Shown piece by piece: positions 50,369 through 62,316 of a stretch of 64,000 bases of DNA (position 1 is its first letter; each line of letters begins with the position of its first letter). This DNA comes from Sporopachydermia quercuum (Eukaryota). Both the position numbers and the translations under genes were made by a program. The notes below the pieces were generated by a model. It was not told the DNA's origin and ran no database searches. It was given only the letters and a program-made list of their open reading frames with translations. The stretch spans positions 744,001-808,000 of the forward strand of contig BCGN01000001.1 in assembly GCA_001599295.1 (NCBI GenBank), given 5' to 3'.

Positions 50369-50848
50369 CTATGACGCTCTGCAAAGTAACTCACCACCGA
50401 CTCCCTTATCCGTTGCTTGATCTAAATCCAAAATAACTTTCTTTCCATTAATCTGAGTTCTGACAAGAACTAACTCAGCAGGTTGTGGGGGAGCAATATT
50501 TCTAACTCTTCCACCATGAGCAAATGCATGCAAATCCTCTGGTGACAAAATCACTTTATTATTTGGTTTAGATATCAAGGAAAACTTCTTCAGAACAGGT
50601 CGAATATTATGATACTTCAACCCTACCCAAATTTTTCTAGTGGCTATATTATCAGGTGTTGCTGGTGTATATTCTGGATCAGGTCCTTCAGGTCCTCCTC
50701 GTTGTATTGATGAAATGAAGCCATTTTTATATAGTTGAACGAAAACTTCAAGATTTAATCTGTTAAGAGGAATACTAGTAAGAGGTTTATGAACCCTGCT
50801 CACATTCTGAATGTGAGAACAAACTTTAGCGAGGCTCACTAAAGACAT
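50369..50848 (-). CDS. MRPS8: Mitochondrial ribosomal protein uS8m
   Basis: MSLVSLAKVCSHIQN, GFISSIQRG..GPD, TPDNIATRKIWVGLKY, GGELLCRA. Confidence 0.95.
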   Translation of the reverse strand: MSLVSLAKVCSHIQNVSRVHKPLTSIPLNRLNLEVFVQLYKNGFISSIQRGGPEGPDPEYTPATPDNIATRKIWVGLKYHNIRPVLKKFSLISKPNNKVILSPEDLHAFAHGGRVRNIAPPQPAELVLVRTQINGKKVILDLDQATDKGVGGELLCRAS

Positions 50849-51824
50849 TTTCAATGAAATGTGTTGTCACTCAATTATAATCCAAATTAATAGAGGCAAC
50901 CAAGTTTTATCATGTACCTCTCTTTTTTGAACACAGACTGGTCGGGCTTGTAATATTAATTTAACCCACTGTAGCCACTGTTTGCAGAGTTCTACTCTGC
51001 TCTTTCTGAAAATCAATCTGTCTCGAGATCTACTTCCAATGCTTCAAATAGCAATCGAAACAAGCACCCTATCCAGAAAAATGTTTGAATTGCTGCTGAG
51101 ATACTAATCAACCTCTTTTATATCATGTTCTGTTCTAATCAAAGTCATGATCTAATACATTGACTTTTACTACTTGATTTATGTTGTTTGATAAAGCTGG
51201 GAGAATTTTCAGTCCAATTAACTATGTAAAACACCCAAACCGCTGCTTGGTCAGGTGGTTCAACCTTTAATGTAGCTTGATGCAGTAGTATTTCTGTCAC
51301 TATATATTTTCATGCATCTTGATGCTTCAATTGGTATTAATTTGGTTCATGCAGATCACATGCAGTCTAAAAAGGTGTGGGCTATTACTATAATCAACGC
51401 AAAACATTATAACTTGTGACTGAATGAGAAATAAGAAATTGAATTTGTTTGGTATAGCTATGTATGCAAACCAACATTGCTGTCCTTTTATACAAAACTT
51501 CATCTATATACAAAAGTGTTATGAACTATTCAAGAGATACTTTTGTTAGAATGCATGGTCCTGCAGCATCATGCCAAGTTATAAATCGTCCAATAACAGA
51601 TGCTATAATGTTTTCTATCAGATCATCGATCTTTGATGTGTCAATTATTCAACCACATTCATGTCTGGCTGGATTCATTAGGTAAAGTAAACATTAACAA
51701 GTTGGTCTGCTTGCTATTCAGCGTAAGTCCATGATTGAACTCATCGGCTTTTGGTATGATTCCTGTTTACAATAGAAAAACTTCATAGTTATTTCGTTTC
51801 TCGCGTAATTATAAATATCCGGAA

Positions 51825-52778
51825 ATGTTTGGGGTTCGAGGATTGAAGCCACTGAATCGAGTTGGCGCAATGAGAATAGCCTTAACAAGAGCAAACAGTC
51901 AATATGGATCTCATTTAATCAAAAATGCTAATTTCGTTAGACTAAGTGGCTTCAAAGTGTTCAATAGACAATTCAGTAATACCAGGATATCTTTAGGTCC
52001 AGAAGGAACCCGGCGCGGTGATAAGAATCCTAGATTCAGAGATCTTTTCATTGTCGGTATTGTGTGTTTTGGTCTGTTTGCAGTAGCCGTGAATAGATTG
52101 GATAAGAAAAATCCCAAAAACACACTTACTGAGGAAGAGTTCAAAAATTCAATTGCTCGTAAGAAGTTAGCTTTCGGTCCTGGTGAAATATCTGTTGTCT
52201 TTGTATTAGGAGGACCAGGTGCTGGTAAGGGAACTCAATGTAGTAAATTGACTAAAGACTATGGATTTGTTCATTTATCAGCTGGTGATTTGTTGAGAGC
52301 AGAGCAACAAAGGGAAGGTTCTAAGTATGGTGAATTAATTCAAAACTATATAAAAGAAGGTAAAATTGTACCGCAGGAAATCACAATTGCTTTATTGAAG
52401 AATGCTATAACTGATTCATTGAAATCATCTAACGGAACTAAAAATAAATTCTTGATCGATGGATTTCCAAGAAAGATGGATCAAGCAGTTAAATTCGAAG
52501 AAGAAGTTGCTGTTTCAGATTTGGTTTTGTTTTTCGATTGTCCTGAAGAGGTTATGTTAAAGCGATTGTTAAAGAGAGGTGAAACAAGTGGTAGAATCGA
52601 TGATAATATAGATGCCATTGTCAGAAGGTTCAAAACCTTCACTGAGACTTCAATGCCTGTTGTTGATTACTTTGATACCGTTGGCAAAGTTGTAAAACTC
52701 AGCTGCGAAAAATCTCCTGATGCAGTTTATGAAGATGTGAAAACTGCATTGCATGATAAAATCAATCTTGAACTATAG
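51825..52778 (+). CDS. URA6: UMP-CMP kinase with mitochondrial presequence and Aim36-like TM segment
   Basis: GGPGAGKGTQC P-loop, HLSAGDLLR, FLIDGFPRKMDQ, LID RGETSGRIDDN. About 115-aa N-terminal extension, Arg-rich and then one TM. Confidence 0.9.
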   Translation: MFGVRGLKPLNRVGAMRIALTRANSQYGSHLIKNANFVRLSGFKVFNRQFSNTRISLGPEGTRRGDKNPRFRDLFIVGIVCFGLFAVAVNRLDKKNPKNTLTEEEFKNSIARKKLAFGPGEISVVFVLGGPGAGKGTQCSKLTKDYGFVHLSAGDLLRAEQQREGSKYGELIQNYIKEGKIVPQEITIALLKNAITDSLKSSNGTKNKFLIDGFPRKMDQAVKFEEEVAVSDLVLFFDCPEEVMLKRLLKRGETSGRIDDNIDAIVRRFKTFTETSMPVVDYFDTVGKVVKLSCEKSPDAVYEDVKTALHDKINLEL

Positions 52779-52968
52779 TTCAGTTCCGTCTAGATCATTA
52801 TAGAAACGAACAAAACGATCGATTTAACAATATCGGAAGAGCTTTGGGTAATGTCCACATCGTACTTTTGTATGAACAGAAGAATATAGATTGTCTGACT
52901 ATAATTTGTAAGGTTTGTAGCTGATGAACTTTTTTTTTGACACGACAGTTGGTTGAGTTATTCTTACG

Positions 52969-53670
52969 TTACTTTTTCGTGCTTGAAAATCCAGTAAATC
53001 CCATCGTTGAACTGATTTCAGAGCTTGTTGACGGTGCAATAGGTCCTTTGTCCGTAAATCTTAGGCTTTTCTTCTTTTCGTTTCTTTTTTTGTTACGCCG
53101 TATTCTTCGTTCTTCTTGCATTTGTGCTTCTTTCAATTCAAATTCCCGCCTTCGTTTAATTCTTTCTTGAAAATCAATATCTTCTTGTGTGTTTTTTGCC
53201 TGCTGTTCGTCATATAATTTCTTTAAGGCTTCTTTTACTTCTCTTAATGTACTTGGTGTGCTTATTGTTATATTGGCATTTGACATATCTTTGAAAGTGT
53301 TAGTTAAATGAACCTCTTACATATCTTCCTAAAAGAAATGGACTCAACCAAACTTACGTTGTGGACTGTTATAATGCATTACAAGTGTTAGATTATCCTT
53401 GAATGTCAAATTGCAAACCTCGCAATAGAACCCAACTCCCTTCCCTCGTATACCTACAACATTGACATCGCCAGTAATGACTCTGGCTTCATTTAACCCT
53501 TCGTTGAATTTCAAATCTTCCCGAGCAGTTTGCTTTTTCCTCTCATCTCTCTCTTCATTATTAAAAGACTTGTTCCTTCTTTCTTCCGATTTTTTCTTGT
53601 ATTCTTCTAAGTCCCATGTTTTCCTACCAGTGTCTACAACACCAGCTCCGTAGAATGACTTGTCCGTCAT
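52969..53670 (-). CDS. SNU23: U4/U6.U5 tri-snRNP zinc-finger protein Snu23
   Basis: Exon 1 53670-53358; intron 53357-53289 (AAG acceptor) restores the zinc finger GFYCEVCNLTFKDNL...HYNSPQH. GRKTWDLEEY motif. Confidence 0.92.
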
Positions 53671-54192
53671 GGTGTTCCAATGTCTGATGTGTAGTGTTTA
53701 CTATCAATAAATGATCAATCGAATATTTTTTCGATCCACTGCTTAGAAAACCAATAGACAGCGTTTTTATTGGTTATTAGCATACCAAATATTGTACATT
53801 ATTTTTAAATCGTACTTCATTAATGACTTTAGAGATAAAGAAAAAGAAAGTTGTGTGGCTAATTCCCTTTGCATATGATAATTAATTTTTAAGCTTAGCC
53901 AAGATCAAATATCAAAAATGCTAATTACTCCGGGTACATTTGGCTTATATTGATTGTTACAAGAGTAAGACTCGAATCAATTGAAGGTTTTACATTTAGA
54001 AATATAATATTTAAAATCGGAATATCGAAAATAGTTTCTAAAATTCATCAGTTATGATATGAGGATTTAAACAATAGATATAGAAAGTGGATGGAGTAAG
54101 TGATACATATTGTAAGATGTACTGGAAAACGAACATTATATGAATCTTTGATAAGAGGAAATAGTTACAAGAAAAGAATATGTACTGTTGAA

Positions 54193-55047
54193 ATGGCTAA
54201 TGACATACTACAAATGCTAGGTAGAAAAAGAGTGAGGAATGAAGAATCTGATAAAGAAACCAATATTAATAAAGTAAAGAAATCAGTTGTGAACAAACTG
54301 GAAAGCAATATAACTAACAAGAATGGTTGCCGTGTAACATGGGCAAGTAAAGGCACATATCTGTTGAAAGGCACTGTAAAATCCGATTTCAAACGAAAGG
54401 AAGAAAAGTCTAAGAAAGTAGCGATTGCAGCTTTTGATATGGATTCTACAATTGTTAAAACGAAATCAAGCACCTCGAGATTCGCTAGAGGACCTGATGA
54501 CTGGGTATGGTTCAATGATGCGACCAAGGATATACTACAAAAGATTTATAAGAACAGGAGAGAAGATTTAGAGACTACATTAAGAGAGAAGCTATTCAAA
54601 ACCGATGTACCATACGTATTGGTAATCTTGTCTAATCAAGGTGGAGTAACATTACCACAGTCAAATAAAGGAGCAGTGTCCTTGAAATCAAGAGTTGAGA
54701 AGATCCTATGTGATTTATGTGAAAAGATAGAAGAGAAACCCTTGCCAATATACTTCTATGGTGCTACAAAAAGGCCCGCGAAAGAAAAATCAAAATTGGC
54801 TGAAGAGATGCACGAAAAATACCGTAAACCAAAAATTGGCATGTGGCAGGAATTGATTGAAGATCTAAAATCTATTTCAGATGAAGTAGATATTGGGAAC
54901 AGCTATTATGTTGGGGATGCCGGTGGTAGACCTGGTGATTTTGCGGATACTGACAAATTATTTGCTGAGAATGCCAATATAACTTTTTACGTCCCAGAGG
55001 AGATCTTCGATTTGAAAACAATTCACTCAAAGCAAGGAATTGAATAA
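54193..55047 (+). CDS. TPP1: DNA 3'-phosphatase (HAD, PNK3P family) without kinase domain
   Basis: AAFDMDSTIVKTKS, ILSNQGGV, YRKPKIGMW, YVGDAGGRPGDFADTD. First in-frame ATG at 54193. Confidence 0.9.
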   Translation: MANDILQMLGRKRVRNEESDKETNINKVKKSVVNKLESNITNKNGCRVTWASKGTYLLKGTVKSDFKRKEEKSKKVAIAAFDMDSTIVKTKSSTSRFARGPDDWVWFNDATKDILQKIYKNRREDLETTLREKLFKTDVPYVLVILSNQGGVTLPQSNKGAVSLKSRVEKILCDLCEKIEEKPLPIYFYGATKRPAKEKSKLAEEMHEKYRKPKIGMWQELIEDLKSISDEVDIGNSYYVGDAGGRPGDFADTDKLFAENANITFYVPEEIFDLKTIHSKQGIE

Positions 55048-55606
55048 AAGGCGAGGTAAAGCAAAACTACATTGTAACCAACTCCATCGTGATCGATCTG
55101 TATGCATGAATCTTTTAATATTTATAGTACAACAGTGTTTAATAAAATCAGTTGTAACGGTAGCAGCTTTGAATAGCTCTCATGATAGTAAAAGATGGTT
55201 TACTTTGGAATCTCGAGGTCGCACAAACAATAATAGCCTCTAAGAAAACAGCCTCAGTGATGGCGAACTGCTCTACAACGTCAAGAGCACGAGAAAATGT
55301 CTAATGACTCTACACCCTACAAGTTCGTATAACCCCTTCCCATGATAAATTTTCTACGTACCGCATTCTTCCTTCCACCGCTGAAGAATTGGCAAAGTGG
55401 AATTAATAAGTAAACCTTATCCAATTACAAATTATTGTGAAGAGAAAATAATACATCAAGAATAATGAAAATTGGTTTATCACCATTAAATATCATCAGA
55501 CAGCTTTCCAATCACCTTCCACTATCACATATATGCAAAACATCATGATTATCGTCTGATTGTACCTAAATTAAGCAACAACCAATATTGCATAGTCTCA
55601 ACTGAT

Positions 55607-56173
55607 TTACTCGGCCTCAATGGTTCCTCTTTCTGAGACGTAGATACCATCTAAGAACTTTCTGATATCCTTGTTTCTGACACGGCAGATTTGTTGAACG
55701 TCAGCGGCACATTGAGAAACATTTTCCAAAGAGTTACCGGTTAAGATGAGTTCATCCTTTTGAGCAGTTGAAATTTCAACAGTGACACCTTCGTGAATTT
55801 TGACTTGTCTAACTCTCTTTTCACCCAAGAAATTTCTAATTTCGACAATGGTTCCGTTTTCAACAACATTGACATTGATAGGGAAATGGGCATATACATA
55901 TCTCATTTTGTATTTGAAACCCTTGGTGACACCTGTTATCATATTGGCAACCAAAGACTTAACAGTTCTCAAAGTAGCGACATGCTTTCTATCACCGTGT
56001 AAGACGGAGACCTTGATAAGTTCATTGCTGACCTTATTGAAGGTGACATCAACGTGTCTTAAGTTCTTGGTCAATTCACCTCTAGGTCCCTTAACATGAA
56101 CAATTCTGGCCTTGATGTTAACGGTGACTCCGTCAGGAATGGGTAAGTCAACTTCGGTCTTGATGAACTTCAT
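55607..56173 (-). CDS. RPL9: 60S ribosomal protein uL6 (L9)
   Basis: [40 protein letters not shown]. Intronless. Confidence 0.97.
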   Translation of the reverse strand: MKFIKTEVDLPIPDGVTVNIKARIVHVKGPRGELTKNLRHVDVTFNKVSNELIKVSVLHGDRKHVATLRTVKSLVANMITGVTKGFKYKMRYVYAHFPINVNVVENGTIVEIRNFLGEKRVRQVKIHEGVTVEISTAQKDELILTGNSLENVSQCAADVQQICRVRNKDIRKFLDGIYVSERGTIEAE

Positions 56174-56489
56174 TTTGATTATTTGTTGTATATGTGTTTG
56201 AGTGCCGTTAAGATATCTTAATCGAAAAAATCTAACAATAATCAAAATGATTATTTCACCTGGATCTACACTATAGAAATTGTGTAGATAAAAATCAAGT
56301 TGATAAGTACGAAAACTTCCCTGAGCGTAGAAGGGATACGGATTGTGTCTCCCTGCCTTTCCCAATGACAGAGTCCTACAAACCCGCTCCAACATTGAGA
56401 CAGCAGTTGAATTTTTCACTAGAGAAGCGTTCTACTATCCCTCTTTATTGAGAAAACATGAATTTCCGAAACGGGACAAACTATTTTTA

Positions 56490-56520
56490 TCACGTGGTAA
56501 ACATAAAACAAAGCACGTGA
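56490..56520. promoter_or_regulatory. Paired Cbf1-type E-boxes upstream of RPL9
   Basis: TCACGTG at 56490-56496 and CACGTGA at 56514-56520. Confidence 0.55.
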
Positions 56521-56938
56521 GATAAGTAGGTCAAAATTATTCCTAGAGTATAATGAGACATGATGTTGAATACACGGTGTTTGGGTGGAATGCATTCATT
56601 AACCAATCAAGATGATAGAAGTTCTTTCAATTACACACATTTGATTACATATTTGTAGGCCTGTTGTAAGTCTGTTGCTGTACTGACCTTATAATTGAAT
56701 TACTTGGGGTTTACCTTCAACTATCAACGTAGCCTAGCTAAGGGATTGGATTCTATTTCAAGTTTATTTATTAGCAGGTTTAGAATTGATTGCTAGATCG
56801 AAGAATCGGTGCTCGTTATTAACAGTGAGAGCATTGGCAGCGTAGGAAACAGTTCTATCTACTTCGAAGTGTACCTGAAGATTTGTATATTTAAGTAGAA
56901 TAGGGACTATACACTTATATACTACGAGCCTTCTCAAA

Positions 56939-57679
56939 ATGTTTTCCAGAAGACTGGTTTCATCACTAAGGGTTCTTGCGCGCCCATATCCAAGCCAACA
57001 ATTGGTTCAAACTAGAGCTCTTTCGGCTTATATTTCAGTTGGTAATTTCTCTCTTTACTCTGAACAGCGTGAAAAAGAAATCAGACAGATTTTAGATTCG
57101 TTACCAAAGGTGGGCTCCATTTTTCAAAATGCCGATGGATCTGTTAGAATCCCAACTGATGCTGAATTACGAGCAGCAGCTGAATTGCAACATTATGCTC
57201 AAATGAAAAGATACACATTTATTGACACGTTTAGACTAAGTAAAGAACAAATGCAACTATTAATGGCAAATAGTAGAGGACTCAGACACTACTCAGATAA
57301 TAGAAAGATCATTGACAAAATTCCTTATGAAGATCACCAAACAGGTGAAACCAAGTGGAAAGTGGTGAGAGAAGGTCATACTGAAGGCTGGGAGGGTCCA
57401 TTCTTTTACTGGTATTTACCTACATTATTAGTAGCCGGCTTAGTTTATTTCTCCAAAGCTCATACTGGTATTCAAGACTGGGCATTGGAAGAAATCAACA
57501 GAAGAGCTCAAGATCAATACGATGCATCAAGTGAAGAATTACCAGCGGAAGCCACCACTCCAGAAGCTATTAAGAAGCGCGATTCCATTTTGGTTGAAAG
57601 AATCTTATCAGGTGAATACGACAGACTACAAGATCTCACTACACCTACAAAGAAGGGTGTCATTCCAGTTTTGGACTAA
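56939..57679 (+). CDS. Complex I accessory subunit ESSS/NDUFB11 (NESM-like)
   Basis: Mitochondrial presequence; EGWE + TM + K..TGIQDWALEE..RR signature. Confidence 0.82.
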   Translation: MFSRRLVSSLRVLARPYPSQQLVQTRALSAYISVGNFSLYSEQREKEIRQILDSLPKVGSIFQNADGSVRIPTDAELRAAAELQHYAQMKRYTFIDTFRLSKEQMQLLMANSRGLRHYSDNRKIIDKIPYEDHQTGETKWKVVREGHTEGWEGPFFYWYLPTLLVAGLVYFSKAHTGIQDWALEEINRRAQDQYDASSEELPAEATTPEAIKKRDSILVERILSGEYDRLQDLTTPTKKGVIPVLD

Positions 57680-58059
57680 TTCAAATATAATATTCAAATA
57701 TCATGACTCACCACGTCCAGAGCATTCCTCATCTCTCAATTTATGAATCTCGTTCCACAATCATCATTGTCAACGCTCAATTATCTCTAGCATAACTTGA
57801 TTGACTATATTCATCAGGGTTTACTGTGGAAGGCTTTCTCTGCAGATCTTACTTCAAAACTCTATTTTTATTTGTTTATTTTCACTCCAAGTTCCTTTTT
57901 TGGTCGGATCGTCATATTACTAGTTGACTATTTATTCAGTATTCAATAGATATTTCTTTTTGCATGTATTACTGAGAGAAAAATTCATCCAGTAACTTAC
58001 TACAGTATTGGTCATTTACGAGTTAGATTGTTATATGAATGCTTTATGTTAATTTATTT

Positions 58060-59151
58060 TCACTTATGTGATAACCGTTTGCCAATACCTTTTTCCTTGT
58101 CTTTATTCTCATCATCATCATCCGCTATTGCATAATTATCAATCTTGCTATCCCGCGATCTGAACATATCTCTTACATTGCTAATACTGGTATTAGAGCT
58201 ACTGCTAGATTTATAATCCTCGTCTCTCAAACTAGCATATGTTCTGTCTCCTAAATGTGCAATGGCGTTTCTGCTAGACGCACTATCACTCGAAACTGTA
58301 CTCATTGAATTTGACCTAAGTAAACCGTCCTGAAGATAATCAGTTGAGAGGATCTCTGCAATGGAATTTCCATTGGTATGTGAATTTGAATGTGAATATG
58401 ATCGTATATGTGAACCGGAAGACTTGTGTGCGTGTAGAAGTTCGGGTCTTTGTTTTTTGTCAAGTGATTGCGCTTCCTTTTTTTCTTCAATCAGCATTTG
58501 AGAAGCCAACAATCCCAATGTATCGAGCATGAGATTAGGAGAAACCGGAGCCGTATTCTTCTGAGACCTTCTTAGTGAAACCTGTTTCTGCAATAAAGCT
58601 AATTGCGCATCTTTTTCCGCATTCTCTGCAATATAACTTTTCAGTCTCGTTTGAAGGTTTAATATCTTGTCAATATACGTTTCATATAACTCAGCATTGG
58701 ATATCAAATCATTAACGTTCTTGAGTCTTTCTACTTCACGCTTATTTATGGTATTCTCAACAGCATACCTTCGTTGAACTGACTCAGCATCTATAGTTTT
58801 CAATTGGGACTCAAGTTGTAACTGTGCGATTTCTGAGGTTGAAGCTTTCAACTCAGTTTGTACATTTTCTAGTAGTTCCAGCTTCCGTAGTAATAGAAAC
58901 TGAAGATCTTCTTTTGATTGGATGTCTATATCTTGTTTCAAATCCTCTTGACGTGCCAGTAATCGTTTGTCTATCTCGAATGTTCGTTCCGCGGCCTTCC
59001 CAATTATCTCGTGCCTACCATTTTCCAGTACTGTATCCTCATCAGGCATGAAGCTTTTTTGAGAATCTTCAGGCGTAACAAGTCCATTGTCAATTCGCCT
59101 GTGAATCTCTTCTGATGATTCGTTGTTCTTCTTGAGAGCCATTTGAGCCAT
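58060..59151 (-). CDS. Hypothetical coiled-coil protein
   Basis: 363-aa ORF with a heptad N-terminal half and S-rich tail. ACGCGT at 59160-59165 and ACGCGA at 59184-59189 lie just upstream. Confidence 0.75.
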   Translation of the reverse strand: MAQMALKKNNESSEEIHRRIDNGLVTPEDSQKSFMPDEDTVLENGRHEIIGKAAERTFEIDKRLLARQEDLKQDIDIQSKEDLQFLLLRKLELLENVQTELKASTSEIAQLQLESQLKTIDAESVQRRYAVENTINKREVERLKNVNDLISNAELYETYIDKILNLQTRLKSYIAENAEKDAQLALLQKQVSLRRSQKNTAPVSPNLMLDTLGLLASQMLIEEKKEAQSLDKKQRPELLHAHKSSGSHIRSYSHSNSHTNGNSIAEILSTDYLQDGLLRSNSMSTVSSDSASSRNAIAHLGDRTYASLRDEDYKSSSSSNTSISNVRDMFRSRDSKIDNYAIADDDDENKDKEKGIGKRLSHK

Positions 59152-59841
59152 AATGTGAAACGCGTCCGGTTGTATAATAAATGACGCGACACTTTGCTCT
59201 CAAAGACTCCTGAAAAACCCCATTACAACAGTATCATAAAACCCAGAATATTTTTCTTAATATCTATTAGTAATACGCTATATATCAGCATATATTCACA
59301 CCACACTTGTTATTCATATTGAACGGGTACTCTTCTGTCACGTCGTTTGAGTTTTCATGTTTATGATAACTAGACCATTTGCACTCACGCCTAAGACAGC
59401 AGATTAATGCATTGTTTCTACCAGTAAACAACTGCATGTTTCTGCAAGAGTAAAATTAGAAGTTATATAATATTACGTTATCATTTAATGGCTTTGATGT
59501 ACCACTTGATGTAACACAAACAGAAATCAAATGTATATAAAAGATGAAGAAAAAAAGAATGGGAAAGGAATGTCATGCTACTATACATCAATCACATCCA
59601 TGAGCAGATTGAATAAGAAAAATCATACATATTTGTTAGAGAAGATTTTTGACAAGCAAATAATAGCTCCTTAAGAAACATCAAGTCTTGTCTGGAGTCA
59701 ATGAGCTGAAATGGGTAAAATACTGAATACCCTACGTAAATGTGCAATACATTAATGATTATCCTCCATTATGAGTATATTTTTATATATGGGATACACT
59801 TAAAACGTAGCACCTCAGAAAATGTGAAAGATATGATACGC

Positions 59842-60644
59842 TTAACGGTAAGACTTTTGGTAACGAGCACGGGCACCTGGACCACCAAACTTCTTTGGTT
59901 CAGATCTTCTGAAATCGGCAATCAACAAGGTTCTGTCGTAAGCGGTGAAGGCTTTCTTCAATTCATTCTTGGATTGTTCGTCAACGTATTTCTGATGATA
60001 AGCAACAATACCCTTTGCAATGGCTTGTCTGATGGCATAAACTTGAGAAACATGACCACCGCCGGTGACTCTAACTCTGATATCAATATTGGCGAATTTT
60101 TCAAGTCCAACAACCAAAAGAGGTTCATAGACCTTGAATCTCAAAAGTTCAGGTTCAACCAAAGTGATAGGAGAACCGTTGACCTTGATGAGACCCTTAC
60201 CAGCCTTAACATGGGCTACAGCAGTAGCGGTCTTCTTCTTACCGAAGGTCTATAAATTGGTTAGTATTGCTCGCTTTACAAATTAGTATGGAAAACCCAA
60301 TAATACAGCCTAGTTTGAATTTTCTATTCTCCGTCAATCCTTCATCATCTATCTGGCTATAACCCTGAATGATATATAATAAATTTCTTGTGTTAAAAAT
60401 TATTGTAGACTACGAGATCCTTCCACAATTCTACTACCTTGTCTGAAATCCATGCTGACTGAAAACAGATATTTGACTTATACCTTCTTTGAATATATCG
60501 TAATATTTATCTTTTTGTAAGTCATTATTCATCAATTCCGTATCTTGATTGAACCCCAGAAGACGATGTTAAATAAATCAAACAGATGGTGGTTTCCTTT
60601 TCTTCCGTAAAATTAGAACATACTTGCACACTAGGAGTAGACAT
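59842..60644 (-). CDS. RPS16: 40S ribosomal protein uS9 (S16)
   Basis: Exon 1 60644-60624, intron 60623-60250 (374 nt). [33 protein letters not shown]. Confidence 0.98.
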
Positions 60645-61355
60645 CTTTACTAATGTTGGCTATATGATAACTGTGCTGAATATTCGACAAAGAAAATATA
60701 TTCAAATGCGTATTCAGATATGAACAACGATCAACCACAAGATGTTTGAGTGATGTGTGAAAACCTACGGAGAGTGTCATTATGTGATTACTGAGAGTGG
60801 TGACAGACTGTTCCAACTGCTGAGTCTATTCCGAGTTTGGATTACCAAGTGCGTCGTTTGTTGGTGTCTACGTAAAATTTACCAAAGAACGTAATTTCTT
60901 AATTACTTTACTTATGGGTAAATAACAGAATGGGTAGAAAAATACTACGTATTGCACGTGTTTATTATAATATATATTATTAGCTGTCACAAAAGGAGGG
61001 GACTTGTAATTATGAGCAGAATAGATCAGAACGGACTGAAATATTCCATTTGTAGAAGACTTTGAAGACATTAATTATCGTTTAGTAAAGAGACTCAAAT
61101 GTTGACTGACCCACGCACAGTTACCCAGTTCAGAAAAGGAAACTTGAGCATTGTAATTCGTAGTGGGGACGCTGCGTCTGGAAAGTTTGTATTACTCTTA
61201 CCAACCTCTTTCTCAATACAATGATTTCTAGAACTTGTTTTCTTTGATCATACAATTTTGCTATAAAAGTTTCATATTTTTACTATTGTATGATAGGTAT
61301 AGTTCGTGGTTTAAGCTAACGGCAATCAATACTTAATATTAGTACATAATTCACA
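60645..61355. promoter_or_regulatory. Divergent RPS16/RPL13 promoter
   Basis: CACGTG ~60955-60960; Homol-D-like CTGTCACA 60984-60991; palindromic GACGC-T-GCGTC 61168-61178 (Fhl1-type core); TATAAAA 61262-61268. Confidence 0.55.
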
Positions 61356-62316
61356 ATGGGTATGTAATTGGAAATGGATTATTTGAAATTGAAACAATAC
61401 AGTTATGTTATCTGAGATTTGGTCAGTGTACAAGAAGAGGGATAGTGACGGTTCAACAAGAAAGGAGAATACAGGAAGAGTGATACAGCGCAGCTGAGTT
61501 AGATTGTCACCAGCAATAAATTTTGACAGTTGGATGGGCATACGTGTGATGAATACGGAAGGAGTAGGGTTGATTATTTTGGTCAATGTTTTCGAAGATA
61601 CAAGGCGACTATCCAATGCAACATTATTTGTTTGTTTCAACTAATTGATCTATTTGATTCATTTACTAACTATTTATCTAGCTATCTCTAAGAACTACGT
61701 CATCCAAAAGAACCATTTCAGAAAGCACTGGCAAGAAAGGGTCAAGACCCACTTGGACCAAGCTGGTAAGAAGGCTAGCAGAAGAGTTACCAGAGCCAAG
61801 AAGGCTGCTGCTATTGCTCCTAGACCTCTTGACTTATTGCGACCTATTGTTCGTGCTCCTACCATCAAATACAACAGAAAAGTTAGAGCTGGTAAGGGTT
61901 TCACTTTAGAAGAAGTTAAAGCTGCTGGTTTGACTCGTCAATATGCCAGAACTATCGGTATTGCTGTCGACCACCGTCGTCAAAACAGAAGCGAAGAAGG
62001 CCTTGCTTTGAATGTTCAAAGATTAAAGGCTTATCTCGACAAGTTAGTTGTTTTCCCCAGAAAGGCTGGTAAGCCCAAGAGCGGTGACGCTTCTGCTGAA
62101 GAAGTTGCAGCTGCCAAGCAAGTTCTTTCTGCTGCAGCTACCTTCCCCATTGAACAAATTTCCGAAGAATCTGAAACCAGACCTATCACTGAAGAAGCTA
62201 AGAACTTTGAAGCTTATAGAACTTTACGTCTCGCCAGATCTGAAGCCAGATACAAGGGTGCTCGTGAAAAGAGAGCCAAGGACAAGGCCGAAGCTGATGC
62301 TGACAAGAAGAAATAA
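61356..62316 (+). CDS. RPL13: 60S ribosomal protein eL13
   Basis: Exon 1 ATGG at 61356-61359, intron 61360-61681. [28 protein letters not shown]. Confidence 0.98.

Noticed and set aside
56174..56419. 82-codon in-frame N-terminal extension of RPL9 in the ORF track
   Set aside because: It overlaps the promoter and does not look like protein; the conserved uL6 start is at 56173.
61288..61342. 5' UTR intron of RPL13 (GTATGA..GCTAAC..TAG)
   Set aside because: The donor is only ~20 nt after the TATA-like box, and the 22-nt branch-to-AG distance is outside the range of the other introns here.
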